Source: Rhina ancylostomus (taxonomy: Eukaryota). Taken from it: 64,000 nt of DNA. The notes beneath the pieces were generated by a model. That model searched no databases, was not told the DNA's origin, and saw only the letters and a program-made list of their open reading frames with translations. The stretch is taken from assembly GCA_030265395.1 (NCBI GenBank), contig JARFYF010000063.1, forward strand, positions 47,943,001 to 48,007,000, given 5' to 3'. A program made the translations under genes and the position numbers. Of the stretch, positions 25,871-38,653 are shown piece after piece. How positions within the stretch are numbered: position 1 is the stretch's first letter; the number at the start of each line of letters is the position of its first letter.

Positions 25871-26499
25871 TTTTTACCATTTTGTTTTTACCTGATGCAA
25901 ACAGAAAAACTTGCTTTGATATTTCACTGAGTTTAGTTCATCCATACTTGGTATAAACTCAACCTTTTGAAATGTTTCTACCTTTCTTGTTATTGAGATG
26001 AATCCTATTAATTGGTTCCATTTGTCCAATATAACATTCAAAATCCTATTAAATTTTATTAAAAGTTAAAATTTAAAATTCTGAAATCGGGCATCCCTTT
26101 CTTCTGAATTGGCTTCAGGGCAAATCTACATGAATGAATAATTTTTCTGCAAAATCTGGCTGCTGGGTTCACTACTGCTACATTTGATTCCATCCTCACC
26201 CTGCTCTAGCCTGGTCTGTTAACCCTAGTCAAAAGAAGATGTATGGTTTTGTTTAACATTTCTGTGCATTAGCAAGGATAGTAAAATAAAAGATCCAACT
26301 TAATGTAAAGAGTTTTTATTATAGCAATGTCACACCGGGCAGTGCAACTTTGGTAAAAATAAAGAGGGAATAGCCATTGGCGATGGAAATCCAAGCAAAC
26401 AAGTGCAAACACTTTCCTAAAGCTGGCCCATTTAAGGTTATAAATAGGGAAGTTTCTGTGGAAATTCAGAAACCAGTCCAAATGCACAGTTAGATTTGA

Positions 26500-26605
26500 A
26501 CAATGGAGACTCAAGAGACTGCAGATGGAATATGGAGCAACACACAAGATGCTGGAGGAACTCAATGTGTCAGGCAGCATCTCAGGAGGGAAATGAACAG
26601 TTGAG
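26500..26605 (-). mobile_element. Penelope-like pLTR terminal fragment
   Basis: gagactgcagatgg...cacaagatgctggaggaactcaatgtgtcaggcagcatctcaggagggaaatgaacag. Confidence 0.7.
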
Positions 26606-27699
26606 TGCTGGAAAATGCCAATGTTTAACTGTATGAAATGGGCACACTGGGTCAATACCAACTGCCATTTGCTGGCAGTGCGAAGCTGGCAGAACTGTCT
26701 GCTACCTTTGCACAAATGTGGCCAACCAAGTATGGCTCACAAATCTCTTGTGTCACTGGCCTCTGGCACTGAAAGGTAGAGAATGGGAATTAGGTGCGCC
26801 TTGTCTCTCTGCAAAGTTACTCAATACAATGGCTGAGTCACTTGTCCATGATGATTCATGGGGTATGCTGCAATGGCTGAGAAGGGTGCATGTTTTCTGA
26901 CTGTGGCAATATGGTGATGCTTGTTCAGAGTATCTCCAATGTGGAAATAGTCATGAGACATTGCAATTATTATTAATACCTAACAACTAAGGATAGCAAA
27001 GAAACGGGATCACCTGGAGTTACTGTTCCTGTTTTGCATCCCATCTAACTGCTGGGTGGAAGGTACAGATTTGTGGATTGCAGATGAAGACATTATTAGT
27101 GTCAACCTCCACAGTAATCCTACACTGAGGCCTAGAAATTCACCCCACCCAATCGTACCTCACTGAAGGCTTCTGTGACAACAGCCATGAGACAATCCTC
27201 AGTCTTAATTCACTGGTAACTCTATGTACCGCATGACCCACAACCTCACCATTTGGGTCATAACCCTGGCTTCCCATGTTCAAAAATGAGCATGTCCAAA
27301 CCTCTAGGTCCTGCTCCTCCTGCTCAATCATTGCGGATGGTTTCTTGGGTGAGGTACTGAAGGTGTTAATTCTAGCTGTGGAACTGCAGGCAAGGAGAAC
27401 CCACAGCATTAGGGAAGGAATGGGGAATAAATGTGAAATTAAAAAGCAACAACAGCTCCAAGCTTTCCACATTGTTGGTGAGACATGAACTCCAGCAGAT
27501 AATCCCAATTACAGTGGTGTTTTGAAAGATTAGTGCAAAGCCCTGATATTTATGGGAAGGTGGGGTGAGAGTCAGGTAGTGGGTGTTGTGATGCCAGGAC
27601 TGAGAGAGACCTTGTTCCCCTTCCTGGATGATGTAAGGAATCCCAAGGCATTATTTGAAAAGGAGCAGGGGAGGTTTCTCCCCACTCCTGATCTATAGT

Positions 27700-28440
27700 T
27701 ATAGAGTTATTTGGGAAGTCAAATAGAGGTAGAACATATACACTAAATGAATGTTATATAAGGAACATTGATGGACAGAGGGATGTAGGTCTATCGTTGC
27801 CTGAAAGTGGCCACACAGATCGATAGGGTGAAAAAGGCATATGACACATTTTCCTTTTTAGGTCAGGGCTAACAATATAAAAGCTGGGACTTTGCAACTT
27901 TACAAAATACCTGTTAGATTGCATTTGGGAGTATTATGTGTCTGGTCGCGAGACTATAAGAAGGATGTGGTTTCGCTGGAGAGTGTAGAGGAAATTCACC
28001 AAGATATTGTCTGGATTGGAGGACTTTAGTTATTGGATAGGCTAGGTTTGTTTTCCCTGGTGTGAAGGAGGCTGGGTGGTGACCTGCCTAGGTATACAAA
28101 ATGATAAGAGACATAGATTGGGTAAATATAGTCAGAAGCTTTTTCCCATAGTAGGGGTATTAAAAACAAGACAGCATAGGTTTGCAGTGAGAGGAAAGAA
28201 TTATAAAGGAGATCTGAAAGGCAAGTTCATTTTATTTTACACAGCAAGAGGCTGATGTATGGAACTCGCTGTCAGAGGAGGTGGAGGAGTCAGATACAAA
28301 CACTATGCTTGGGAAACATTAAATAAACAAGGCATAGAAGAATACAGATCTAATACGGGCAAATGGGAGTAATGTAAATGGGCAAAAAGGTCGCATGGAC
28401 ATGGTGGGCAAAAGGGTCTGTTTCTGTGCGTTATGACTAA
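27700..28440 (+). mobile_element. CR1 LINE 3' portion inserted into a Deu SINE
   Basis: CR1 ORF2 end and 3' UTR (ggaactcgctgtcagaggaggtgg...catggacatggtgggcaaaagggtctgtttctgtgc). SINE halves lie at ~27560-27700 and ~28440-28615. Confidence 0.8.
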
Positions 28441-29149
28441 AACAAAAAGATAAACTATCATTTTGTTTTATTGCTGATGTGGGACCTTGTTGTGTGCATT
28501 GGCAGCTGTGTGTCTTCCAGTACAATTATGGTTACTGAAGGATACTTTGTAATGTGCTTTGGCATAATCTGGTGTCAGGAAAGGTGTTAGGAAAGTGCAA
28601 GAATTTCTTTTACTTTCAAACACAAAGCTGCTTTGTGCCTTAGAATCACCATAAAAAAACCTAGTGAATGATAAAGAATTGAGTAATTACTGNNNNNNNN
28701 NNNNNNNNNNNNNNNNNNNNNNNNNNNNNNNNNNNNNNNNNNNNNNNNNNNNNNNNNNNNNNNNNNNNNNNNNNNNNNNNNNNNNNNNNNNNNNNNNNNN
28801 NNNNNNNNNNNNNNNNNNNNNNNNNNNNNNNNNNNNNNNNNNNNNNNNNNNNNNNNNNNNNNNNNNNNNNNNNNNNNNNNNNNNNNNNNNNNNNNNNNNN
28901 NNNNGGAGGGCGGGCGGGCAGGGAGGAGTTCCTCCAGCAGATTGTTTGTTGCTTGAATGTACAACTTTGTTTCTATGTGATCTCCTTGCTCTCTCTCCCA
29001 GCTCTGCATTGACAGATTGTATATTGCTTTTCTGTATCTGTGCATAGAGACTCTAAACAAAATAGCTGATCTGCTTGACTTGACTGGGAATGGATACAAG
29101 AACAATTGGTTTAAAACATTTCAAAACACAGCTTGCAGAACAAACCCAT

Positions 29150-29490
29150 TGCACACTGCTGTATTTTCTTCCATTTGGGATCTCTACACACTTCCAAGTC
29201 AGGGCCCTTACACATCCCCAATTTTTTTATTGCTGCACCATTGGTGTCCATACCTACAGTTAACTGGGTCCTAAAATCTGGAATTGTCTCCCTGTGATTT
29301 GGCCTTTTTTTTCTTTGAAGATGCTCCTTAAAACCTACCTCTTTGATCAAGCTTTTGGTCACCTTTCTTTATATTTCCTCATATGGCTCTGTTTTTATAT
29401 AAAAAAATATTATGTGACTTTTTTGATGATTCATCCACAAGGTACTTTGGGAAATATTACTGTATTGGAGGTTCACAAATACAAGCTTTT
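29150..29490 (+). mobile_element. L2 LINE 3' end
   Basis: tgggtcctaaaatctggaattgtctccc...ctccttaaaacctacctctttgatcaagcttttggtcacct...tttgggaaatatt. Confidence 0.7.
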
Positions 29491-29749
29491 GTTCTGCGCG
29501 GCTTCTGGGGAACATTGGGAATGATGTCTCCATAAAGACCAGCACAATACTTATCTTCCAATGACCAACTTAGGACAGTTTGTTTGTGTATACTCAGCTA
29601 AGAATAGCACCCTCTTCACTATATATTTATAGAGGAAGTACAATAAGGTTCCATCAGCAGAAAAGCAAGTAATATTTCCTGGCTTTACTTTGTTCCAAGT
29701 TTTTTTTTTAATTGCACTCTTTGGAACTTGCAATTCAGAAATTTACTGG

Positions 29750-30150
29750 ATCTATAAAACAATACAAAAGGTTTTGCAGCCAAATGATACTCTACCGAAG
29801 AGCAGGTACTTCTATAATGTAGGATACATGGCAGACAATTTGTGGACAGCAAGGATCCATTAACAGCTCTGTAACATGGTTCAAATAATCTGTTTTTGTA
29901 AGTGCTGTTGATTGTGGGATAATTGCAGTGGTATCAGAGAAAATTCTCCTGCTCTTCAAAACAGCACTGTAGGATCACTTAGACCAGACATTTCCCTGCT
30001 TTAGCAGTGCTCTTGAAGGATGGCACTGCAGATAATGTCGCACTCCATAGTACTGCATTGAAGTCCAGACTTTATACTGCATTGTCTCGAGTGGGATGCA
30101 AACGCATAATCTTATTCTAAGTCAAGACTGATACCAACTGACAGCACCAT
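29750..30150 (-). mobile_element. Deu-domain SINE
   Basis: tgtaggatacatggcagacaatttgtggacagcaaggatcc...aattctcctgctcttcaaaacagcactgtaggatc...tgaaggatggcactgc...gtctcgagtggga. Confidence 0.75.
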
Positions 30151-31869
30151 AAAATGACAATCATAAAGACCAATTCAGCATTGTTGAAAAGTGTTTGAAT
30201 CATTTTAGGATTATAAGAACCCAACACATATAAGTCTCTAACACATGAACTTTCTCTAACTGCTCTCATCCTGCCCACATCTCAATGGTGCAGCTGTTGA
30301 CGTAGGGAGACAGAGGGTTGCTCTCCCAGTGTCACTCTGCATCTAACCATAGGGAGTTAAGCAAGAAGGACATGGCTCAGGACCCTTCTCGTTTTTTCTG
30401 GAGAGGCTTTGACTTTATTTGCACTCTCAGCTAGGAGCAATTACTTCTAAAAAAAAATCAAAATAATTTTAATTGGTCCATTTCCAGGCAACACAAAAAG
30501 AAGAAAATTTATGTAGAAGGAAGTCTGCACTTAACACAAAAATAACTTCCACTTCTTGTGTCTTAATTTTCTTTGAAGAGAGACTCTCCCTAATAAAACA
30601 CATAAAAAAGGAGGAGAAACAGCAGAGAAATGCAAAGTAAATGACATGGTGTAGAACTTTAACCTTAACTTCCCTACAGTATCCTCAGTTACAAATAGTT
30701 GCTTTTCACAAAGCCAGTGTGGCTTCAAAAACGTCAAGGCAACTGTTGCCGTCAGTGGCTGCCGTTAGGTTTGGCAAGAAGCGTTCACCCAAATCATCAC
30801 TCAGTTCTTTTTCTACTTTCCCATACTAGAACTCACTTCACTTAATCCAACCACAACAAACTCTTGTAAGCAAAATGGATTTTGTACATGTGCTGCACTG
30901 CAAAATCATGCAAAGGGCAAACAAGTGGGCAATTAATTACAATCTACAACTTTATTAGAGGATATATACTTGTAAACAAACTCAGAATTACAAATAGCAA
31001 TTTACAAAATCACCCTGTGTGCTGTTTTCATACAGAAGTGTAATCAATGCAATCATACCAGCTCTGTGAAACGGAGAAATATACTCAATACTTTATCATT
31101 TAGTCACCTCATAAAATGCCTTCAGATAACATTTAACTGTATAAATGAAACCTTTTGTCCTTTAGTCCTCTTTGAAATGATGAGATTCAGCCAATTATTC
31201 CACTTAATGATCCTCGAGTTCCCTTTAGGTACAGATGTGGGGAAGAGCCTAGTGACATATAGCAGTGGAATAGACAGATTGCTGAACCACAGAAATCTTT
31301 TTGTAGAGAGCCCACCTGATATGTTATCTCCCAGTTAACGTTTAGGGGCAGTGACTAAAACCAGGCTTGAAAAGATTGTTCTTCTAAGGCACAAAACTGA
31401 TAATTGTTTTCTATTCTTATTTTCATTGCACAATTATTTAAAATTGCTATTCTGGTATGTTCAGTTGCTACTCTGGGCTGGGCTACTTGATAACTCTCTC
31501 ACTGGCCCTGTCAACTACATCAACTCAAGTCTTGCTATTCTCTGCAGATGACATTTTATCTGGAAGCATTGCTGCGCTTACCTCAATCCCTAGGGACTGC
31601 AATTTACTGAAACTAAGTCACCAAGTGCTGAACTTTGAAATTAAAATGTACAGCATAGCAACATCTGCAAACAGAAAAGACCTTCTACAATGTGTTGAAA
31701 CAAGGTGCCCAGAGAAAACTGGTATTATCTCNNNNNNNNNNNNNNNNNNNNNNNNNNNNNNNNNNNNNNNNNNNNNNNNNNNNNNNNNNNNNNNNNNNNN
31801 NNNNNNNNNNNNNNNNNNNNNNNNNNNNNNNACAAGGTGCCCAGAGAAAACTGGTATTATCTCTTTAAT

Positions 31870-32125
31870 AACTCTGGACTAAAAAACTGGTATCAGTAAT
31901 GGTGACTTACTGGATTGTCATAAAACCCATCTGTTTCACTAATGTCCTTCAAGGAAGAAAATCTACCATCCTGACCCAACCTGGCTGATGTATGACTCCG
32001 GATGCACCAATATAGCTGACTCTTAACGAGCCTTTGAAATGGTTCAACAAGCTACCTGGTTCAGGGACAATTTAGGATGGGCAATAAATCTTAGCCTAGC
32101 CAGTGACTTCCACATCCCATGCACT
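31870..32125 (+). mobile_element. HE1-like SINE 3' part
   Basis: aaaacccatctgtttcactaatgtccttcaaggaagaaaatctaccatcc...ggatgggcaataaatcttagcctagccagtgacttccacatccca. The tail matches 10980-11040. Confidence 0.7.
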
Positions 32126-32389
32126 TAACAGATAATGACAAATTCACTGTAAATACCCAGCATCTATTTTTATTTCACTGGGATGTCCTTCATCATTATT
32201 TCACAGGTTCTTACCATTGAACCAGTGCAATGGGCACTGAACGTCATTCCTGCGATGAGAGGAAAAGAGACTGAAGAGATACCAATAACCAAGCCCACTC
32301 AACCCCGAGCATCACATGCATCTCCAATGAAGAGAGATTGAGTGGAATGGATGTTTATTTGAAGGGGTTTAGAAGAAAGGGGCATAACA

Positions 32390-33130
32390 GGGTTAACATT
32401 GTGGGGCTCTTGCCCTCTAGAACCAGATGTCACATTTGTAGAGAAATGGCTGCACTGAAATAAAAACTTTTTTCACTCAAAGGAAAGGAATTTTTGAAAT
32501 TCTCTATCCCAGAGAACTGATTGCTCCATCAATGTATACAGTATATTAAGATAGAGAGACATATTTAGGGATCAAAGGGAATCAAGGAATATAGAGCTGG
32601 GACAAGAAAGTGTTGAGATGGAAAATCAATCACAATATTAGTGAATGATGGAGCAGGCCCAATGGCTAAGTTTCCACTTGTTAAGCTGTTATTGTTGAAA
32701 CTTCTGATGTCATTTCATTTGACTTTATTTGGAAAGCTACTATTCCTTGAACTTTGCTTCCTCCTCTCATTTTTCACCCAGTTTGCTGCCTTCTTGGCCT
32801 TGTCTGCTCTATCTCAGGTCCTAAGTTCCTTGGAAATATCTGTGTTCCTCTAATTATGACCCCTTGTGCATTCTTGATTTCTATTGCTCCCTAATATTGA
32901 CATCTGTGCTTTCAGCTTGCAAGCATTAAACCTCTTGAATTCACTCCGCAAGTTTCTCCCCACGTCTAACCTTCTCTTCAATTTTAAGACACCCTCCAAA
33001 CCTCTTTGTCCAGGCTTTTGGTCATCTTTCCTAAGGTCTCCAAATTCTGCCTCAAAGTTAAGTGTTTCTTGATAACATTGGTGTAAAATGGTGAAGTTTT
33101 ATTATGTTAAACATGCTATATGAGTGTAAC
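32390..33130 (+). mobile_element. CR1 3' end (~32390-32680) followed by an L2 3' end (~32690-33130)
   Basis: tttttcactcaaagg...tttgaaattctctatcccagaga...gaatgatggagcaggc (CR1), then tgtgctttcagcttgcaagc...ttaagacaccctcc...caggcttttggtcatc (L2). Confidence 0.65.
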
Positions 33131-33599
33131 GTGTCACCACATAGCCTCCTTTGGTCAGGGCGATAGAAAGCCTAAGCATGAGCAAGCTGTCAATACCAGC
33201 TTTGAAAATTGCTCTAATCAATTAACATAATTCCAACTGCAACACAATGAAGAAGCCACATTCGCTTTACATTTCTTTAGAAGTGAAAAGTTAGGACACT
33301 GCAACTTTCTCCACCAGACCCTGATTTGGTCTGATTAGGTTCACAAGGTGAATATTATTAGATATTCATCTCAATGCATGATGGCGGTTATTATTGAATT
33401 ACAGAGAAACATTACAGCTTGGGACAAAACCATTTGCCAGTTCATACTTCTTCCTAATTTCAAGAGAAGCAGCAGCTCTCCTGTGTTGTTGCCCTTAATG
33501 TGAAAATGCTTGCAGACTGACTTGTCTCTCCATTACTTCATTTGTGAGCCAGCAAATTCAATTGCAATTCCCTATATCACCTCTCTGGGGCTCTGCAAA

Positions 33600-34090
33600 C
33601 ATACTCTAATACCCACACTCACCTCACACCAACATCAGCTTCGCAGCCATCAGTTATTCAACTCCACTGATTTAGCTTCATTGCAGGTCTCCCGGCACTG
33701 CAACTCCAGCATCTCTCCCCTAATGGATCCCATTATCACCTTCCCTACTTTTCAGATTCCAGCACTGGTAGCCTTGTGTTCCCACTTATCACCCTCCTGG
33801 CTGTCTTTGTCTTCACCTCCACCCATCTGGCTCTGCCTGCCTTTTCTTTGCCTGTCTCCACCTATTATCCATCTGCCTCTGTCTCCCAACTCCACCCCTC
33901 CCCCTCCCAGTCCAGCTTCATCAGCCCAACATCCTTCACCACTCCTCCGTCCACCAATCACCTACTGGCCCGTCTCACCACTTCCCCTCTCCTCTTCATA
34001 CTGTCATCTTGAAATATCGACAATTCCTCTCCCCCTACCCCACACAGATGCTGCTTGACTGCTGAGTTGGTCCAGCAAATTGTTTGTTAT
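33600..34090 (+). mobile_element. Penelope-like pLTR fragment (hammerhead core deleted)
   Basis: Pyrimidine-rich body ending cttgaaatatcgacaattcc...ccacacagatgctgcttgactgctgagttggtccagca. Confidence 0.65.
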
Positions 34091-34309
34091 ACTAATTTAT
34101 GTTAATATTACTTGCTTTCAGCCCACCTAATTGGTTGAATTAAGTTGATGTACACACACACTGCTAATCAACACTGATGCTATTGCCAGTAAACAAGCAA
34201 TTCGTCCCCACTCCCGACCAACAAGTGGGTAAAAGGGAGTAGCTGACTGGAAAGATATAAAAAATGTAAAGTAAGAAGCTAATAGCTGTGTTTCAGTGTA
34301 GACTTTTCT

Positions 34310-34700
34310 CCTCTGACCTGGATAGTCTCATTCAGAGCTATAACCATGAGATCTAGACTGTCTTTCTAATGTGGTCCTGAGGAAATGCTTAATTGTTGGA
34401 GGTTCCAATCTTCCACTGAAGTGTTAAGCTGAAGGCCTGTCTGCCCCTCTGCTGGAAATGAAATATTTCAAGGCACCATTCTGCAGAGGAGCCAGAGATT
34501 TCTTCTCAATGCCCTGACCAATGTTTATCCTCAGCTAATATTACTAAATAGCTTGCTGTTGGTCAGAACTTGATGAATGCAAACTATTCCCTGTGATTCC
34601 TGCATTACCACATTGAGGATTCCAAAGTACCTCAGAGGCTTTTCTAATCTCCAAGGTTTCTTGACGTTGTGAATAGCACCTTATTGATAAAGCCCTCTTT
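34310..34700 (+). mobile_element. Deu-domain SINE
   Basis: ctgaggaaatgc...tgttggaggt...tgttaagctgaaggcctgtctgcccctc...gcaccatt...ccctgaccaatgtttatcctc. Confidence 0.7.
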
Positions 34701-35009
34701 TACAATTTAATTTTGATAGTGTATCATCCAAACTAAAATAATATTACTTGATGATTAAAATAAACTACCAACCTATCATAATAAACTCCAATATTAATAT
34801 CCCACCAGTATGAAATTTAAGAGTACGCTCATTATACCACAATTATAATGGTGTAACTTCCTGTAATAACTCAATTTAATATTAATAAGTCTTAATTAAA
34901 ACAGCTTTCATTTTCTAACCTTACAGAATAACATTCAAGAGTTTTGCAAGCCTCTTAATACAGCATACCTTGTTATCAAAAACCTCCTTTAAGAAACATA
35001 GTTATATTG

Positions 35010-35190
35010 AATGTTGCATATGAACCTCCCATTGTAATGAACATTGATGCTCTGAACCTCACACTATGACTACTCATGAGAACTTCCTGTTGTTAATGAA
35101 CACTGATAATATGAACCTTCCAACATAAAGAACATTGACAGTGAATCTCCTGTTATCACAAACTCCAATCTTATAAACTTTTAATATTCA
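35010..35190. repeat. Degenerate ~30-32-bp tandem repeat
   Basis: Units like tgaacctcccattgtaatgaacattgatgc, gaacttcctgttgttaatgaacactgataa, tgaaccttccaacataaagaacattgacag. Confidence 0.6.
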
Positions 35191-36616
35191 AATCCTTCTG
35201 ATTTATTAAATGCAATTATATCTATTGCCCTAAATATATAACCTTCACATTAACAAGTTTCTTGTTATTAACAAATCGCTTCCCCCACTTCAGAAGAAAC
35301 CCTTTCATATAAATAAAAGGGAGCTCCAGTCTCGATAAGACAACCTTCAATAGTAAGGACTTTTATGACTATTGCAAGTTTGTAACTAGGAGATCTAAAA
35401 GCACCAGGAGGTCACTGGCTCCTACAGTACTTTGGGATCAATAGCTCATTATAGTTCTAAGTTAAGGAGTTACTATATAGCTCAGGCCTGTGAGTTATTT
35501 TCTAACGCACACTACAGAGATTTACACTGTCTCTTGTGTCTATTTTGAGGGTGGCACCTGCAGCGTGTGTATTGTGAAGTACCGTCTGAAAACCCTCTCC
35601 TCACTCTTTGCTGTTTTTGAAGGGAAGCACATAAAGGGATTGAGTCTTATAAGTTCCTGACCATCTGGATTTAATGTGTACACCAGACAGGTGAATCCTG
35701 AAGAAATCTGAACAATCTGATTTTAGAAACTCTTACAGTGGAAACAGTTTTGTGTTTGAGGAATTTTTGTCTCAACAAAGACTCAGCACAATGCATCTTT
35801 GGCAATAAAACATAATTTCCTGCTTAGGATATTACTTATTGTGTTCNNNNNNNNNNNNNNNNNNNNNNNNNNGAATCTGATGAGTAAACAACTTTGACAC
35901 AATCACACTTATCTCCTATAAATGGTCTGTGTGTGATCAAGAAAATAGAAATCAATTGCTGCCATTGGTTACTGGAAAGAAAGGCCTGATGAAAGTATTG
36001 GTAAGAAGCTCCCACAGTAACTGCACAATTTCTGAAATGAGAGTTGATCGAAGACTTCCTTCCACAATCCATTTGGAGTTTAAAGATCAGTGAAAGTGTT
36101 GGAGGAACAGAGTTAAGGAGCAGTATTCAGACACAGTCTACAATTAATTTGATTTATGTATGAACTCACATTGTAGGAAAGAGCAGTCTATTTTCAGTTA
36201 AATTTTGCTTCTGTGAGTGCCTCACCAGTAAGTACAGGAATTGTTGCTGTTGTGTGACTCAATCATCCTGGTTTGTTAGGAATATTTCTTTATTCTCTTT
36301 AACAAAGAGGAAACTAGAGAGGACAATACATTTCTAAATTGCCCCAGAAAGGTGGTCGTGTTTCTCCCACTTTTTTTTATATACAGGCTATTTTCCATGC
36401 AATGTTCTAAGTAATACATGATATTGCCATGGGGTCAATGATTACAGATAACCTGCTATTCATCCTAATGAAGCTTAATAGCTGCAGTAATTGGAAAAAG
36501 AAATTAAATAGGAATATTTCACTTTGGTCCAAATATCCATTGTAGTTCTAGTACTACATGTCATTTTTAGGAAGGTACTATAATGAAGTACAATCATTTT
36601 ACATACACTGCTGAAA

Positions 36617-36977
36617 TAGAGCTTGCCTCTCTGATATAAGCCTAGTTGATTTTATATGTGGGGTTTGGGTTGAATTGGGTTTATAACCTTACAGTTTAGG
36701 TTTGACCATGCTATGCCATGCTGACTGGGTACCATCCAGGTCAGGTGATTTGGTTAGTAAATAACTGTCATAAAGCTGAGAACTTCAGCTGTATGTATTT
36801 GGTGTTTTAGTCTCAACCAATCAATAGCATGTTTGATGTTGTTATATTTACAGTGAAAGTCCAATCATGTCAGGTTGGATTGAAAATGGAAAAAAATAAG
36901 TACTCAGATTTGAATCAGGTTTGGATTAGCTGAGATCAGGAGAGGTTTTAATTTTTTTTAACTTGAAATGACTCTAC
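36617..36977. mobile_element. Degenerate non-autonomous DNA element (hAT-like, TAGAG...CTCTA termini)
   Basis: Begins tagagcttgcc and ends gactcta, with internal decayed gggtcgggt-like repeats. A related copy lies in the opposite orientation at ~37615-37945. Confidence 0.4.
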
Positions 36978-37399
36978 ACAGGAAATAAGATGGTCAAGGA
37001 AGAAATGGTTGGTCACAGATCTATCATATCAGCCCTGAACAGTGTCGTGTCACTCCTGGTATGTTCACATGTTTCTTCCTCACACCATCTTGGCGACTCC
37101 TCCCCAGGAGTGGATGGTGGAAATGGTAAGAGCGTGCATGTTGTGTGGGCTGCCAGGAGGGGTTATATATTGCATTGATATTTGATTGTTCTGAGCAGAG
37201 GCATTAATGCATCCAGAGCTACTTAAACTACATGTCCTACTATTAAAGCTTAAAATGATTTCTGATCTACACCAATACTATAGGTTCAGGCACTCAATGG
37301 TTCAACCTCTTACGCTTCAATAGTAACATTCTGAAATGCTGCTTAATTTTGAGGAGACAACTCGGGGATAAAAAGTGAGCAACACAAACTATTAAGTGG

Positions 37400-38260
37400 A
37401 CATGGTAATGACAGATGAAATTTCATCAGAATAGTTTAAACACGTGTACGTAGAAACAAAACAAAAGTTACATTCATTATTATTTCATGAAAAGAGCCAA
37501 CAGAAGAAAGGATGAAGTTGAAAGAGACCTTCCAGCGGATTTGATGCTGGACATCGACGGCCACCTTCCAAAGGTAAACAGAGTAAATGGCCAAAATTCA
37601 AAAGCTAGTTAGAGTAAAGATCTGCTTGGGCATAAAATTAAAACTGACCCTACCTGATCTAACCACAGCCGATCCGAACCCAACCTTTGAGTCTACCCAA
37701 TCCAATCTTATACATATTATTGGTCTGTTTGAGGCTGAAGCATTAAATATCGATTAAGAAGAGGATGCGTGCAATAATACTAAGAAAATTATCTATATTT
37801 AAAATTATAATATTTAAACTACTGAATCTGACCCAACCTGAACTAAACTGTAATGTTTTATCAACATATTCACAGGACCCAAACCAAACTCCATGCACAG
37901 AGGCAGATCCTTTCAGGCTTGGGTCAAGAAGCCAGGTCTAATCTAGAGGAAGTTCTTATTGCGTTCTGCAACTGAAATGTCAGTAGGCATTTCTAGTACC
38001 GAATCCAGTTCTGGTCATTCAGACAAGAGGAAGTTCCATGCCTTGGTGCAAATTAAAAGACAAACTTGACTCTAACCCCTCAGAAATATGAAAACGATGA
38101 CAGGTTTTTGGCTTTGAAGGGAAGTGATTTCACACAGGTATATGAGACAGTTAATAGTATAGAGTAGGCAGATCTAGAACATACTTCAAAGCAAATCTTA
38201 ACAGTAGGACACAGTTTCAAAATGCACACAATAAGACGTAGGTTAACATGTGGACATCAA
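37400..38260 (+). mobile_element. Decayed CR1-like LINE fragment interrupted by a DNA element (~37615-37945)
   Basis: agtggacatggtaatgacagatgaaatttca...gttgaaagagacctt, resuming after the insert with gtaccgaatccagttctggtca. The insert has acccaacc/ccgaaccc repeats. Confidence 0.45.
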
Positions 38261-38653
38261 GCAGGCCTCCTGCCCCTGTGGACAAGTATAGCAGGCAAGA
38301 ATATAGATCTGAGGGGGATTCTATTCGAGTCAAGGTGCTTGTATCCTCCTTTTCCCAGAATGGTTGGATTTGGGAACAGGAATAAAAAATCCATTGGAGT
38401 GTTCTCAAGCTAATCCAAAGTGCATGTCACTCAGTTGCTACAAAGCGGTGTAGTATAGTGTATGTTGTATATTCAATGTATGAATTGGAGTTGACAATCT
38501 TGCATTTTAGTATGAAAAGTAATTGTATGTGATTGTTCCCTAAGTTTCTTCTATTCTACCTTTCATATTTGGTGATTAAATTCCATTCTCTTGCTTCTTT
38601 CAAGATTTCAATGGAGCCTGAGAACATAGAAAGGAGTTTAATGCCCAGGTGCA

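Noticed and set aside
31700-31863. 32-bp perfect direct repeat either side of a 100-N gap (also tcaagggg around the gap at 2134-2233)
   Set aside because: Typical unmerged contig overlap, an assembly artefact rather than biology.
33510-34058. 182-aa Pro/Ser-rich ORF, and similar ORFs at 38953-39362
   Set aside because: Translation of pyrimidine-rich pLTR sequence, which lacks stops for compositional reasons.
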